Shown here: piece by piece, positions 1 to 7,756 of the stretch
How the letters are laid out: each line of letters opens with the position of its first letter
Numbering within the stretch: position 1 is the first letter of the stretch
From: Chloroflexota bacterium
Lineage (GTDB): Bacteria; Chloroflexota; Anaerolineae; Anaerolineales; UBA11579
Direction of reading: 5' to 3'
Assembly (NCBI GenBank): GCA_039714215.1
Contig: JBDLJU010000002.1
Location: 1 to 50,242 of the forward strand
DNA: 50,242 bases
Position numbers and translations under genes: made by a program
Notes under the pieces: model-generated
What the model was told of the DNA's origin: nothing
The model's input: the letters and a program-made list of their open reading frames with translations, nothing else
Databases searched by the model: none

Positions 1-476
1 GCACTGTAGAAATTATCTGTGTCCTGGTAGCGGCAGATCACACCAAAAAAATTGTTATCTCCGCCCCCTATTTTTCTCGCATCTACCATGATCCGCACAT
101 CTGAATAGTCAAATCCGAGAATTGACCATGCAGCTTTATCTGGTGCATTGATCGAGATTCGGTAACCTTCCTGGTAATAATCAAGGATCCAGAATTCCGC
201 ATACTGCACTGACCAACCACTCGATCGTACTGAGAAATCATCCAGGAAAGGTGTCCCTGGTTCAATGGTTTTCACTTCAGGAGTCGCCTCTACTATACTG
301 AAATCCTCCGTCGGAACGACCGGAGGCGCAGTGGTTGGGATTACTGTTGCAGTCGGATCACTGCCAACAATCTCCCCAATAACATTTTCACCTGTGAGAT
401 TTTGCAGATTGCTGCATGCCAACGAAACAGCAAGCAGTGCGGTTGTAAAAAAAACCAACCGGAAATGTTTTCTCAT
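1..476 (-). CDS. secreted lipoprotein-like protein, N-terminal ~158 codons only (3' end lies beyond window start); paralog of the next gene
   Basis: Absent from the ORF track because no stop codon lies in the window. Hand translation from the reverse-strand ATG at 474-476 gives MRKHFRLVFFTTALLAVSLACSNLQ..., a signal peptide with a lipobox-like LAC. It continues with FLDDFSVRSSGW and GVICRYQDTDNFY. These motifs recur in the 510-1175 protein as FQDDFSNAESGW and GVICRMQNSSDFY. Confidence 0.6.
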   Translation of the reverse strand, partial: MRKHFRLVFFTTALLAVSLACSNLQNLTGENVIGEIVGSDPTATVIPTTAPPVVPTEDFSIVEATPEVKTIEPGTPFLDDFSVRSSGWSVQYAEFWILDYYQEGYRISINAPDKAAWSILGFDYSDVRIMVDARKIGGGDNNFFGVICRYQDTDNFYS

Positions 477-509
477 CGATTTTACCTCTCCCCAAATTAT
501 AAATGCTTT

Positions 510-1175
510 TTATCCCTCCGGGCGGGAAACAATGAAATTGTCGAAGAACACATTAACATCCGGTTGGTCAAAAGCCCCCACGATCAGACCCAGATCTCCG
601 ACCTGATAGCTGCTGTCCTGCACTACTGCCAGCTGCGTGCCGTTGACTGAGAGGCTGAGCTGATCGCCAACACAGCGCGCTTCGATATGATTTGTATTTA
701 ATCCCGAGTTGATCGCCGGGCTGAATTGGTAGCCATCCATGCCCAGGAAGAATTCACTCCCCTGGTACATCTTGAAGATCGCGTAAGCCCCATCTGAGCG
801 GATCGAGAAAAAGTAAAAATCAGAACTGTTCTGCATCCGGCAGATCACCCCCATCTCGGCCAGCTCAGCAGACCCCGTGTAAGCGGCATCTGCTGCCACG
901 ACCACATCCCCCATCGACTGCTGTGCGACGCTCCATGAAAACATATTGGCGCTTAAGATGTTGATATGATAGGTGCCCGAGTAGTAATCTTTCCTGCCGC
1001 CCTGCGCCGACCGCTCCCAGCCGCTCTCCGCGTTGGAGAAATCATCCTGGAAAAGGATCGGCGATGCATCCGGCGGGGTCGCTTCTAACAAAGTGCTGCC
1101 AAGCTCGCAAGCCAGGCTTGAGATCACGATCAGCAGGATTGCTCCCCATGTTTTGAATTTCGGTTTTACTGCCAT
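510..1175 (-). CDS. secreted/membrane-anchored protein with probable beta-jelly-roll (DUF1080/LamG-like) domain
   Basis: Track ORF 510..1292 trimmed to the ATG at 1173-1175 (MAVKPKFKTWGAILLIVISSLAC...), which gives a normal signal/anchor. The 39 upstream codons are Trp/Cys-rich and look non-coding. The domain call rests on motif resemblance only. Confidence 0.6.
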   Translation of the reverse strand: MAVKPKFKTWGAILLIVISSLACELGSTLLEATPPDASPILFQDDFSNAESGWERSAQGGRKDYYSGTYHINILSANMFSWSVAQQSMGDVVVAADAAYTGSAELAEMGVICRMQNSSDFYFFSIRSDGAYAIFKMYQGSEFFLGMDGYQFSPAINSGLNTNHIEARCVGDQLSLSVNGTQLAVVQDSSYQVGDLGLIVGAFDQPDVNVFFDNFIVSRPEG

Positions 1176-1352
1176 AACAGATTCTCCGCAGTTGGTTCTT
1201 TCAAGGCTGGAAATTATCCAAACCAGGTATCTGATCCATATATTGCAAGAAGCAGGCCACCAAACCTGGAAAACCGCTTCCCAACCTTGCAACTTTTCTG
1301 GAAGAACAGCGTATTAATATAGTGACAGCACAACTACTTATGGAGTTAAGCA

Positions 1353-1721
1353 ATGACCGACAATTTAGAGAAAGATAACAAGAACGATAAGTTTTCTGAG
1401 TGGATCACCTGGGACGATAACTGGGCAGTTGGAATTGCCCTGATCCTGGTTGGCGGCTTATACCTGCTGCACACATTTGACATCATCCGGCTGGTGGTCG
1501 GCAACTGGTGGGCAGTTTTCATCCTGATTCCCGGGCTGAATATGATGCTGAAAGGTTTTCGAGATTTCCGTAATACAGGATCCCGATCAGCTCGCAATAC
1601 CGGCTTTTGGGGCATGATCTTGATCCTGGCAGCCTTCAGCTTCTTTATCGGGATCAGCTGGAACTACCTGTTCCCCATATTCTTAATCGGGATCGGGATC
1701 TTTATCCTGCTGAGCAAATAA
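1353..1721 (+). CDS. small multi-pass membrane protein, LiaI/LiaF-like TM domain type
   Basis: 122 aa with about four hydrophobic helices (WAVGIALILVGGLYLL, WWAVFILIPGL, ILILAAFSFFIGI, FLIGIGIFILL). Lies next to a LiaF-like gene. Confidence 0.5.
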   Translation: MTDNLEKDNKNDKFSEWITWDDNWAVGIALILVGGLYLLHTFDIIRLVVGNWWAVFILIPGLNMMLKGFRDFRNTGSRSARNTGFWGMILILAAFSFFIGISWNYLFPIFLIGIGIFILLSK

Positions 1722-1811
1722 ATAGTTTGGGCGCACCCGAACTATTTTCCAAATCGAACAGCCTCTTTCAAAACAGAAAATAACTGATTGGCACCACCTA
1801 GGAGAGCACAA

Positions 1812-2342
1812 ATGAACAAGAAAAGTCAACAAATCTTAGCCTTTATCCTGATCGCCCTTGGGGGATTGTACCTCGCGGCAAATTTCATCAATATCGACCC
1901 CTCAGACATTTTCTGGCCGCTGGCGATGATCATGATTGGGCTGTTTTTCATCTTTCGCCCCAAAGGGATTACCGCAGAGAATGCACAATTTTTCTTCGCC
2001 GGCGATAAAGATTACGCCGCCAACTGGCAGGTCCAGGACGAAAACCTGAACATGTTTGCCGGCGATATCTTCATCGATTTAGGCAAAGCCGACCTGCCCG
2101 CAGGGAGAACAACTATCGGCGTGCGCTGCTTTGCCAGCGACATCGATATCAACCTACCGGAGGATGTCGGCCTGCGGGTTTCCTCCACAGGCTTTGTGGT
2201 TGAGACCAAAATCAAGGGTGAGAACACCTCACATGTGATGACCGGGTTTAACTACAAATCCCCGAATTACGACAGCGCCGAGAAAAAATTTGACCTGATC
2301 ACCCAGAGCTTCGCCATCGAACTCAGCGTCCGGGAAGTGTAA
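1812..2342 (+). CDS. LiaF-like cell-envelope stress protein (two N-terminal TM helices plus DUF2154-type beta-rich C-terminal domain)
   Basis: Track ORF begins at TTG 1788. The ATG at 1812 is preceded by GGAGAG at 1801-1806 and gives MNKKSQQILAFILIALGGLYL. The C-terminal pattern FAGDIFIDLGKADLPAGRTTIGVRCFASDIDINLPEDVGLRV is typical of LiaF/YvqF-like proteins. Confidence 0.55.
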   Translation: MNKKSQQILAFILIALGGLYLAANFINIDPSDIFWPLAMIMIGLFFIFRPKGITAENAQFFFAGDKDYAANWQVQDENLNMFAGDIFIDLGKADLPAGRTTIGVRCFASDIDINLPEDVGLRVSSTGFVVETKIKGENTSHVMTGFNYKSPNYDSAEKKFDLITQSFAIELSVREV

Positions 2343-2427
2343 TTTAGCGATCAATTTTATCTCCTCCAGACCCGGAAAGCCTTGTTCTGCTATCCTTTCC
2401 AGGCTACACGAAGTTCGAATTAACCAG

Positions 2428-2460
2428 ACCTGTCAGGTTTTGAAAACCTGACAGGTTTTT
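2428..2460 (+). terminator. rho-independent terminator after the LiaF-like gene
   Basis: acctgtcagg-ttttgaaaa-cctgacaggt followed by ttttt. Confidence 0.7.
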
Positions 2461-2604
2461 GATTATAAGCTTTGGCAAGCCCAAACTTATTTGCCGAGAA
2501 TCACCGGCAATCCATTTAACTGCAGCGAGAAATCTCCCTGAAACGAAATTTTAAATTACAATATTGTTGAGTTATCCTCAGTAACTATCCGTCAGGAGAG
2601 GTTG

Positions 2605-3408
2605 ATGCAGGCAAAATTCACCCGCCCACAGCAAATCAGATCCGCATTGCTCTTTCCCTTCAATTTAATCGCATCAGCCATCGAGTTGATCTTTTCGATT
2701 CCGTGGGTCGGGCGGTTTTTGAAAATGCTGTGGAATTCGGTGGTCACCGCACTGCATTTTGCCGTTGGCCTGATTGAGTACGCCGCCTGGCAATTTGGCA
2801 TCCAGCCAGTCAAAAAACTCAAGGTGGGGGTGGTGATCCTCTCTGACGAAGAGCATCAACCGCTCGAAGACCCGACCCGGTTAATCGCCGCCCTCGAGCG
2901 CACCGCTGAGATCTTCGAACAGGCAAAAGTGAAGCTGCTCCCCGCTGCCCACATCCCCGAGCCATTGGCCAATCACAACCAGCCCTGCGAGCACTGGCTG
3001 ACCTACGCTGACCCACGCATCTCAAAACAGATCCTCGACGTCAGCTGTGATCTGCGGGCGATCCTCGAAGATTTCTCATTGGCGGGGGCCAACTACCAGT
3101 GGATCAACCTGCGAAAATTTTTCTTCACCAGCTTCAGGCGCGTGTTTGGCTACGGCTCGCCGGTCACCATTTTTATTGTGCGGAAGGTAGCCGACAAAGG
3201 TGGATGCTCCATGGGCTGGTTCTCAGACTATGTCACGATCCCACACCGGCATCTGAGGTGCATCCCCCATGAGCTGGGACATGCCTGCAATCTCTTCCAC
3301 CGCCCCGACCCAACCAACCTGATGTACCCCCGCAGCTGCTCAGTATCTGAACTGACTCCCTGGCAAATTGCCGTACTGCGATCCTCAAGACACGTTACAA
3401 TACTTTAA
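2605..3408 (+). CDS. membrane-associated zinc metallopeptidase-like protein (metzincin-type HExxHxxxxxH plus Met-turn)
   Basis: ATG at 2605 lies 5 nt after AGGAGAG (2594-2600). HELGHACNLFH is encoded at 3268-3300, followed by NLMYP. The N-terminal ~70 aa contain two hydrophobic helices. Its stop overlaps the next gene's start (TAATG at 3406-3410). Confidence 0.55.
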   Translation: MQAKFTRPQQIRSALLFPFNLIASAIELIFSIPWVGRFLKMLWNSVVTALHFAVGLIEYAAWQFGIQPVKKLKVGVVILSDEEHQPLEDPTRLIAALERTAEIFEQAKVKLLPAAHIPEPLANHNQPCEHWLTYADPRISKQILDVSCDLRAILEDFSLAGANYQWINLRKFFFTSFRRVFGYGSPVTIFIVRKVADKGGCSMGWFSDYVTIPHRHLRCIPHELGHACNLFHRPDPTNLMYPRSCSVSELTPWQIAVLRSSRHVTIL

Positions 3409-4610
3409 TGATCAAACCTTCGAATACTCCGCCAATTGAGCTGCAGCTCTCCCGAGACCTGGTAAAAACGATCAAACGCGGGCATGCCTGGGTGTATGCC
3501 GACGCCCTCCGCAGGCTGCCAAAAGCCTCCCCTGGTAGCCAGGCTGTGCTGCTCGACAACCGCGGCGGCAGGAAGATCGCCCGGGGATACTACGAACCCG
3601 CCAGCCCGATCGCTTTCCGGGCCTGCACCACCCAACCCGAAGATAAGTTGACTCATTCCTGGGCGGAAAAACAATTGGAACAGGCTCTGGCGCTGCGGAA
3701 ATTAATCGGATTTGAAGAACAGCAAACTACTGCCTACCGGTTGTTCAATGGCGAGGGGGATGGTCTCCCCGGCCTGGTATGCGACATCTATGCCGGGCAT
3801 GCCGTGCTTGCCACCGATGGAGAGGGGGCCAACCAGTTTTGGGACGCGCCAGCCATCGCCCGCTGGCTCAACCAGCGCCTGGGGATCGAAAGCGTGCTGC
3901 TGAAAAGCCGCTCCACACAGGGCAAATCGATTTCCCCCGTGTTTGGCAGTACCCCAGAGGAGCCGGTAGATTTCACCGAGAACGGGGTGAAATTCAGCGC
4001 CGACCTGCTCCACGGGCAGAAGACCGGCTTTTATCTCGACCAGCGTGACAACCGCCATCGCATCCGCCAGCTGGCCAGGGGGAAGCGCGTGCTGAACGTG
4101 TTTGGCTATACCGGGGGTTTTTCAGTGTATGCCGGTCTCGGCGGCGCGGCAGAAGTCACTACCGCAGACCAGGCCCAGCCTGCCCTGGAGGCTGCCGAAG
4201 CACATTGGGTCCAAAACGGGATGGATCCCGCTCAGCACCACACCGCCCCGGGAGATGCTTTTGAATTTTTGAAAACTGCCGTAAAACAAAATCAGCAATG
4301 GGACCTGGTGATCCTTGACCCGCCCTCTTTCGCTCCTTCCGAAGCAGCCCTGCCGCAGGCCAAACAGGCCTATACCCGCCTGATCGAAATGGGCGCTAAA
4401 CTGACCTCATCCGGTGGACTGCTCGCCGCGGCGTCCTGCTCCAGCCATGTGGACCGTGCCATGTTTCTGCAGATCATCGAACAGAGCATCTCTCAGGCGC
4501 GGCGCAAGGCCACCCTGCTTGGCTTCCACGGCCAGCCGGCCGACCACCCTGCTCCGCTGGTGATGTCAGAATTGAGCTATTTAAAATTCGTACTGCTCAG
4601 GTTAGATTAG
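3408..4610 (+). CDS. rlmI: class I SAM-dependent rRNA (cytosine-C5) methyltransferase, RlmI/RlmK-like, with N-terminal PUA-like region
   Basis: 400 aa. Motifs YRLFNGEGDGLPGLVCDIY, LNVFGYTGGFSVYAGLGGA (SAM-binding loop), ILDPPSFA, and C-terminal LKFVLLRL. Confidence 0.7.
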   Translation: MIKPSNTPPIELQLSRDLVKTIKRGHAWVYADALRRLPKASPGSQAVLLDNRGGRKIARGYYEPASPIAFRACTTQPEDKLTHSWAEKQLEQALALRKLIGFEEQQTTAYRLFNGEGDGLPGLVCDIYAGHAVLATDGEGANQFWDAPAIARWLNQRLGIESVLLKSRSTQGKSISPVFGSTPEEPVDFTENGVKFSADLLHGQKTGFYLDQRDNRHRIRQLARGKRVLNVFGYTGGFSVYAGLGGAAEVTTADQAQPALEAAEAHWVQNGMDPAQHHTAPGDAFEFLKTAVKQNQQWDLVILDPPSFAPSEAALPQAKQAYTRLIEMGAKLTSSGGLLAAASCSSHVDRAMFLQIIEQSISQARRKATLLGFHGQPADHPAPLVMSELSYLKFVLLRLD

Positions 4611-6039
4611 CCTGCTTTTCCAGGTCGTAGAGCAGCTGCTCTGTTGGGAACCAATACCCCCGCGCATCCCCAATCATATACAGCGAACCGGTCACCAGGA
4701 TGATCTCATCAGGGCCTGCGGCATCTAACGCCGCCCGCAGACCGCCAAGTACGTCATCCGCTTCAAGCACCTCCGCCTGAGAGTCGACCTTAAGGATTGC
4801 GCCCGCCAGCTGCTCCGGTGAAGCGGAGGGCTTGCCGAACACTTTCGGCTGGGTGGCGATCCATTTTGCCGTGATCGGATGGAGCGCTTCGATGATCCCC
4901 CCGAAATCTTTGATCGAGAGCGTGCCGAGCACCACCGTCATCTTCTTACCGGGATAGAGCTCCTCCAGGCTTTCGACCAGGGTCAGCGCTTTGTGGTGGT
5001 TGTGGGCCCCATCGAGGATCACCAACGGCTGCTGCTGCATCACTTCCAGCCTGCCGCCGTAGCGCACAGAACCCAGTCCCGCCCTTACTGATTCCTCGGT
5101 TAGCTCCAGCTCATCTTCACCGGACAGCAGGTCCAGGCTGGCGACCGCCAGGGCGGCGTTTTCCAGCTGGAATTTCCCCCGCATGGCTACACGCAGGTCT
5201 CGATAAGTGTGATTAACGCCCTCAACGGTGAGGGCCTGCTCCCCCGCTGTCTCGCTGATTTTGAAGTTAAAATCTTCCCCCAGAACGTACAGGCGAGCGC
5301 CTTTCGCCGCCGCTTCCCCCCGGATCACCGCCAGCGCCTCAGGTTTACGCTCCGCCGTGATCGCCAATCCGCCGGGTTTAATGATCCCAGCTTTGTGGGC
5401 GGCGATTTCCGGCAGGGTCTCCCCCAGCACTTCCACATGGTCGTAGTCCACGTTGGTGATCACCGCAAGTTTGGCGGGGACCACGTTGGTGGGGTCATAG
5501 CGCCCGCCCAGGCCTGTTTCAATCACCGCCCAATCGACCTTTTGCTTCGCCATCCAGATAAAGGTCAGCGCCACCCAGGCTTCGCCGTATTTGATCGTCG
5601 CGTACTTACCCCCGGCAGCCTGCCAGCGTCCGTAATCCGCGCGCAGCTCTTCGACCAGGGTGACAAACTCAGAAGGCGGGATCAGCTGCCGGTCGACGAT
5701 CAGCTTTTCATTGCAGACCTGTAAGTACGGGCTGACGTGGTAGCCAACCCGCTGCCCGGCGCTGGAGAGCATCTCGGCGAGCAGATAAACCACCGAACCT
5801 TTCCCGCTGGTCCCTGCCACATGGATCGAGGAATACTGCCCCTCAGGATTTCCGACGAAATCGAGGAACAGCGCCATGCGTTCGATCTGCTCTTTGAACT
5901 CCTGCAGGCGGGTTGCTTTGGATTTAACTTCAAAATAGCGCGAGCCGGTCGGGTCGGTGATCAGCGTCCACAGCCATTTTTCTTCCGCGCGGAAGCGTTG
6001 GATTGCATCCAGGATTGGGTCGGTTTCAGGAGTAGTCAT
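4597..6039 (-). CDS. folC: bifunctional folylpolyglutamate synthase / dihydrofolate synthase (Mur ligase family)
   Basis: 480 aa. P-loop HVAGTSGKGS, ITNVDYDHVEVLG, LDGAHN. Its 3' end overlaps the convergent rlmI-like gene by 14 nt. Confidence 0.85.
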   Translation of the reverse strand: MTTPETDPILDAIQRFRAEEKWLWTLITDPTGSRYFEVKSKATRLQEFKEQIERMALFLDFVGNPEGQYSSIHVAGTSGKGSVVYLLAEMLSSAGQRVGYHVSPYLQVCNEKLIVDRQLIPPSEFVTLVEELRADYGRWQAAGGKYATIKYGEAWVALTFIWMAKQKVDWAVIETGLGGRYDPTNVVPAKLAVITNVDYDHVEVLGETLPEIAAHKAGIIKPGGLAITAERKPEALAVIRGEAAAKGARLYVLGEDFNFKISETAGEQALTVEGVNHTYRDLRVAMRGKFQLENAALAVASLDLLSGEDELELTEESVRAGLGSVRYGGRLEVMQQQPLVILDGAHNHHKALTLVESLEELYPGKKMTVVLGTLSIKDFGGIIEALHPITAKWIATQPKVFGKPSASPEQLAGAILKVDSQAEVLEADDVLGGLRAALDAAGPDEIILVTGSLYMIGDARGYWFPTEQLLYDLEKQANLT

Positions 6040-6132
6040 GTTTCAAATTATACGCCGAGATTTCCATCTCCGCACCTTTTTTTCCGTTCTGGCAGATTCT
6101 TCATAACAACAATAACCGAACGGATTTGCCTG

Positions 6133-6260
6133 GTCATTCTGAGCGCAGCGGACGCATCAGATATGCGAAGAAACATTGTTGCGCCAGGAGCTAAGCCTGG
6201 CCAGAATTAATCACAATCTCAATAATGATTCTTCGGCTCGCTTCGCTCGCTCAGAATGAC
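6133..6260 (+). repeat. 128-nt hairpin-forming (MITE/REP-like) element, copy 1
   Basis: Matches 6446-6573 at 124 of 128 positions (hand alignment). Perfect 13-nt terminal inverted repeat gtcattctgagcg / cgctcagaatgac. Inner pairing cgaagaaacatt / aatgattcttcg. Apical hairpin gccagg-agctaag-cctggc. Confidence 0.85.
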
Positions 6261-6445
6261 AGCACATGGAAACTGTGTTCTATACGGGCTGCACCCTCCC
6301 AGTTAGCCACCCAATAAATTTACCAGCCAGCCATTCCCCATCTACCATCGCTTTAATTATTCCTGTGCCCGGATTGTCAGTAATTTTTAGGTCCGTTCCG
6401 GCGTACCTATGCAGGACGATAGGCTCAAGATATTGTTTAATCTAC

Positions 6446-6573
6446 GTCATTCTGAGCGCAGCGGACGCATTAGAGATGCGAAGAAACATTGTTGCGCCAG
6501 GAGCTAAGCCTGGCCAGAATTTATCACAATCTCTATAATGATTCTTCGGCTCGCTTCGCTCGCTCAGAATGAC
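6446..6573 (+). repeat. 128-nt hairpin-forming (MITE/REP-like) element, copy 2
   Basis: Same orientation as copy 1 and 313 nt downstream of it. Differs at four positions (C>T, T>G, A>T, A>T). Flanking sequence is unrelated, so this is not a simple tandem duplication. Confidence 0.85.
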
Positions 6574-6674
6574 AGAACTTTTTGGCATTCCGCAAGAGAA
6601 GCAAGTGCTGTGAGCCTTCGAGTGGAGAAATTATTGCGGCCTGATTCCTGGATCAAATCTCATTCAATCAAAAA

Positions 6675-6703
6675 AGCCTGGCAGAGAATATTTCTGCCAG
6701 GCT
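6675..6703 (-). terminator. rho-independent terminator (works in both directions) after the NBR1-like lipoprotein gene
   Basis: agcctggcaga-gaatatt-tctgccaggct, an 11-bp stem. Flanked by an A-run on the left (a T-run on the minus strand) and ttatt on the right. Confidence 0.7.
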
Positions 6704-6730
6704 TTATTATTTAACTATTAGTTATCTGCG

Positions 6731-7660
6731 CTACGGCGCCGGGACAAACGGCGGAGCAGTCGAGATCGGGTCGGTGTAGATCGGGGCGGACTGCCCAGGC
6801 ACCACCACCTGCAACAGCAGCGGCTCGTCGCCGTTCTCCCCACCACCGAACAAATTCCCGCTCGAATCGCGCAGGAACCAGTAGCTGTTGTAGGTTCCCG
6901 GCTGGGGCGGGGTGTAAAAATGAATTGTCAGGGTCACATACTGCTGAGTGCTGACTGCCACTGTTCCGCCAAACACCTGCGGAGAAGCGCCGCCCATCTG
7001 GTAACCATCATAATGCACCAGGGCGTAATTCGAATTCCATGTGCAGTTGCCGGTGTTCTGTACCTGCCAGCTTTTATAGAAATATGTCTCCGGCTCCACG
7101 ATGCTGCCGAGCGGATAGGTCACATGGGCGACAAAGCGGAAGGAGTTGCACGCATTCGGTTCCACCGGGATCGGGGTAGGCGTCTCTTCAGCCTGATCAC
7201 CGCCGCCGGTACCCTGCTCGCCCGCGGGTGTGGCATCCTCCGCGCCAGGTGTGGTCACCATTGCGGTCAAAGTTTGAGCTAATGCAGTGAATTGATAGCC
7301 CGGCACGGTTGGGGTTACATTCGGGTCTTGAGTTGGCGTCGGGGAGGCGGTTGCTGTCGGTGATTCGGTCGGCAGCGGGGTCCAGGTAAAAGTCGGACTG
7401 GACTGCGGGGTTTGCGAAGTATATGCTGCCAGGGTTTCCGCCAGTGCAGTCGCCATCTCTTCAGGAGACAGGCTTTTACTGTCATCCGCACCATCGCCAA
7501 CGGCATCCAGGGTTGCTTGCGCAAACATCGTATCAACTTCATATCCCAACGCTGCCGCAGTCCCGTCTGCCAGCCTCTGCTGGAGGGGTCCGCAGCCAGT
7601 GGCCAGCAGCAAAATCACAGCGGCCAGCAGCAAATATCCAATTTGGTTTTTCTTTTTCAT
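6731..7660 (-). CDS. lipoprotein with Pro/Thr-rich linker and C-terminal NBR1-like (N_BRCA1_IG / FW-type) Ig domain
   Basis: Track ORF trimmed to the ATG at 7658-7660, preceded by GGAG, giving MKKKNQIGYLLLAAVILLLATGCG (lipobox). The C-terminus FRFVAHVTYPLGSIVEPETYFYKSWQVQNTGNCTWNSNYALVHYDG...GTYNSYWFLRDSSGNLFG fits the NBR1-like domain pattern. Confidence 0.7.
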   Translation of the reverse strand: MKKKNQIGYLLLAAVILLLATGCGPLQQRLADGTAAALGYEVDTMFAQATLDAVGDGADDSKSLSPEEMATALAETLAAYTSQTPQSSPTFTWTPLPTESPTATASPTPTQDPNVTPTVPGYQFTALAQTLTAMVTTPGAEDATPAGEQGTGGGDQAEETPTPIPVEPNACNSFRFVAHVTYPLGSIVEPETYFYKSWQVQNTGNCTWNSNYALVHYDGYQMGGASPQVFGGTVAVSTQQYVTLTIHFYTPPQPGTYNSYWFLRDSSGNLFGGGENGDEPLLLQVVVPGQSAPIYTDPISTAPPFVPAP

Positions 7661-7756
7661 AATAATCTCCAATAATCCGCGAGTATCCACCACCACTATA
7701 CAAGAGGTCTGTTTTGCCCGCAACTGAACTAAATCATCTAAAATACGGCTCCGTGA

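Noticed and set aside
2405-2430. tRNA-like T-loop string (aagttcgaattaacc).
   Set aside because: No acceptor stem or anticodon arm can be drawn around it. It sits immediately before a terminator hairpin.
4597-4610. 14-nt overlap of the convergent 3' ends of the rlmI-like gene and folC as a regulatory antisense arrangement.
   Set aside because: Short convergent overlaps are common in compact genomes, and no associated structure was seen.
5737-6538. ORFs 5737..6210 and 6266..6538, which end in an identical peptide.
   Set aside because: The shared C-terminus arises only from reading through the two copies of the 128-nt repeat. There is no SD sequence, and the first ORF is antisense to the folC 5' end.
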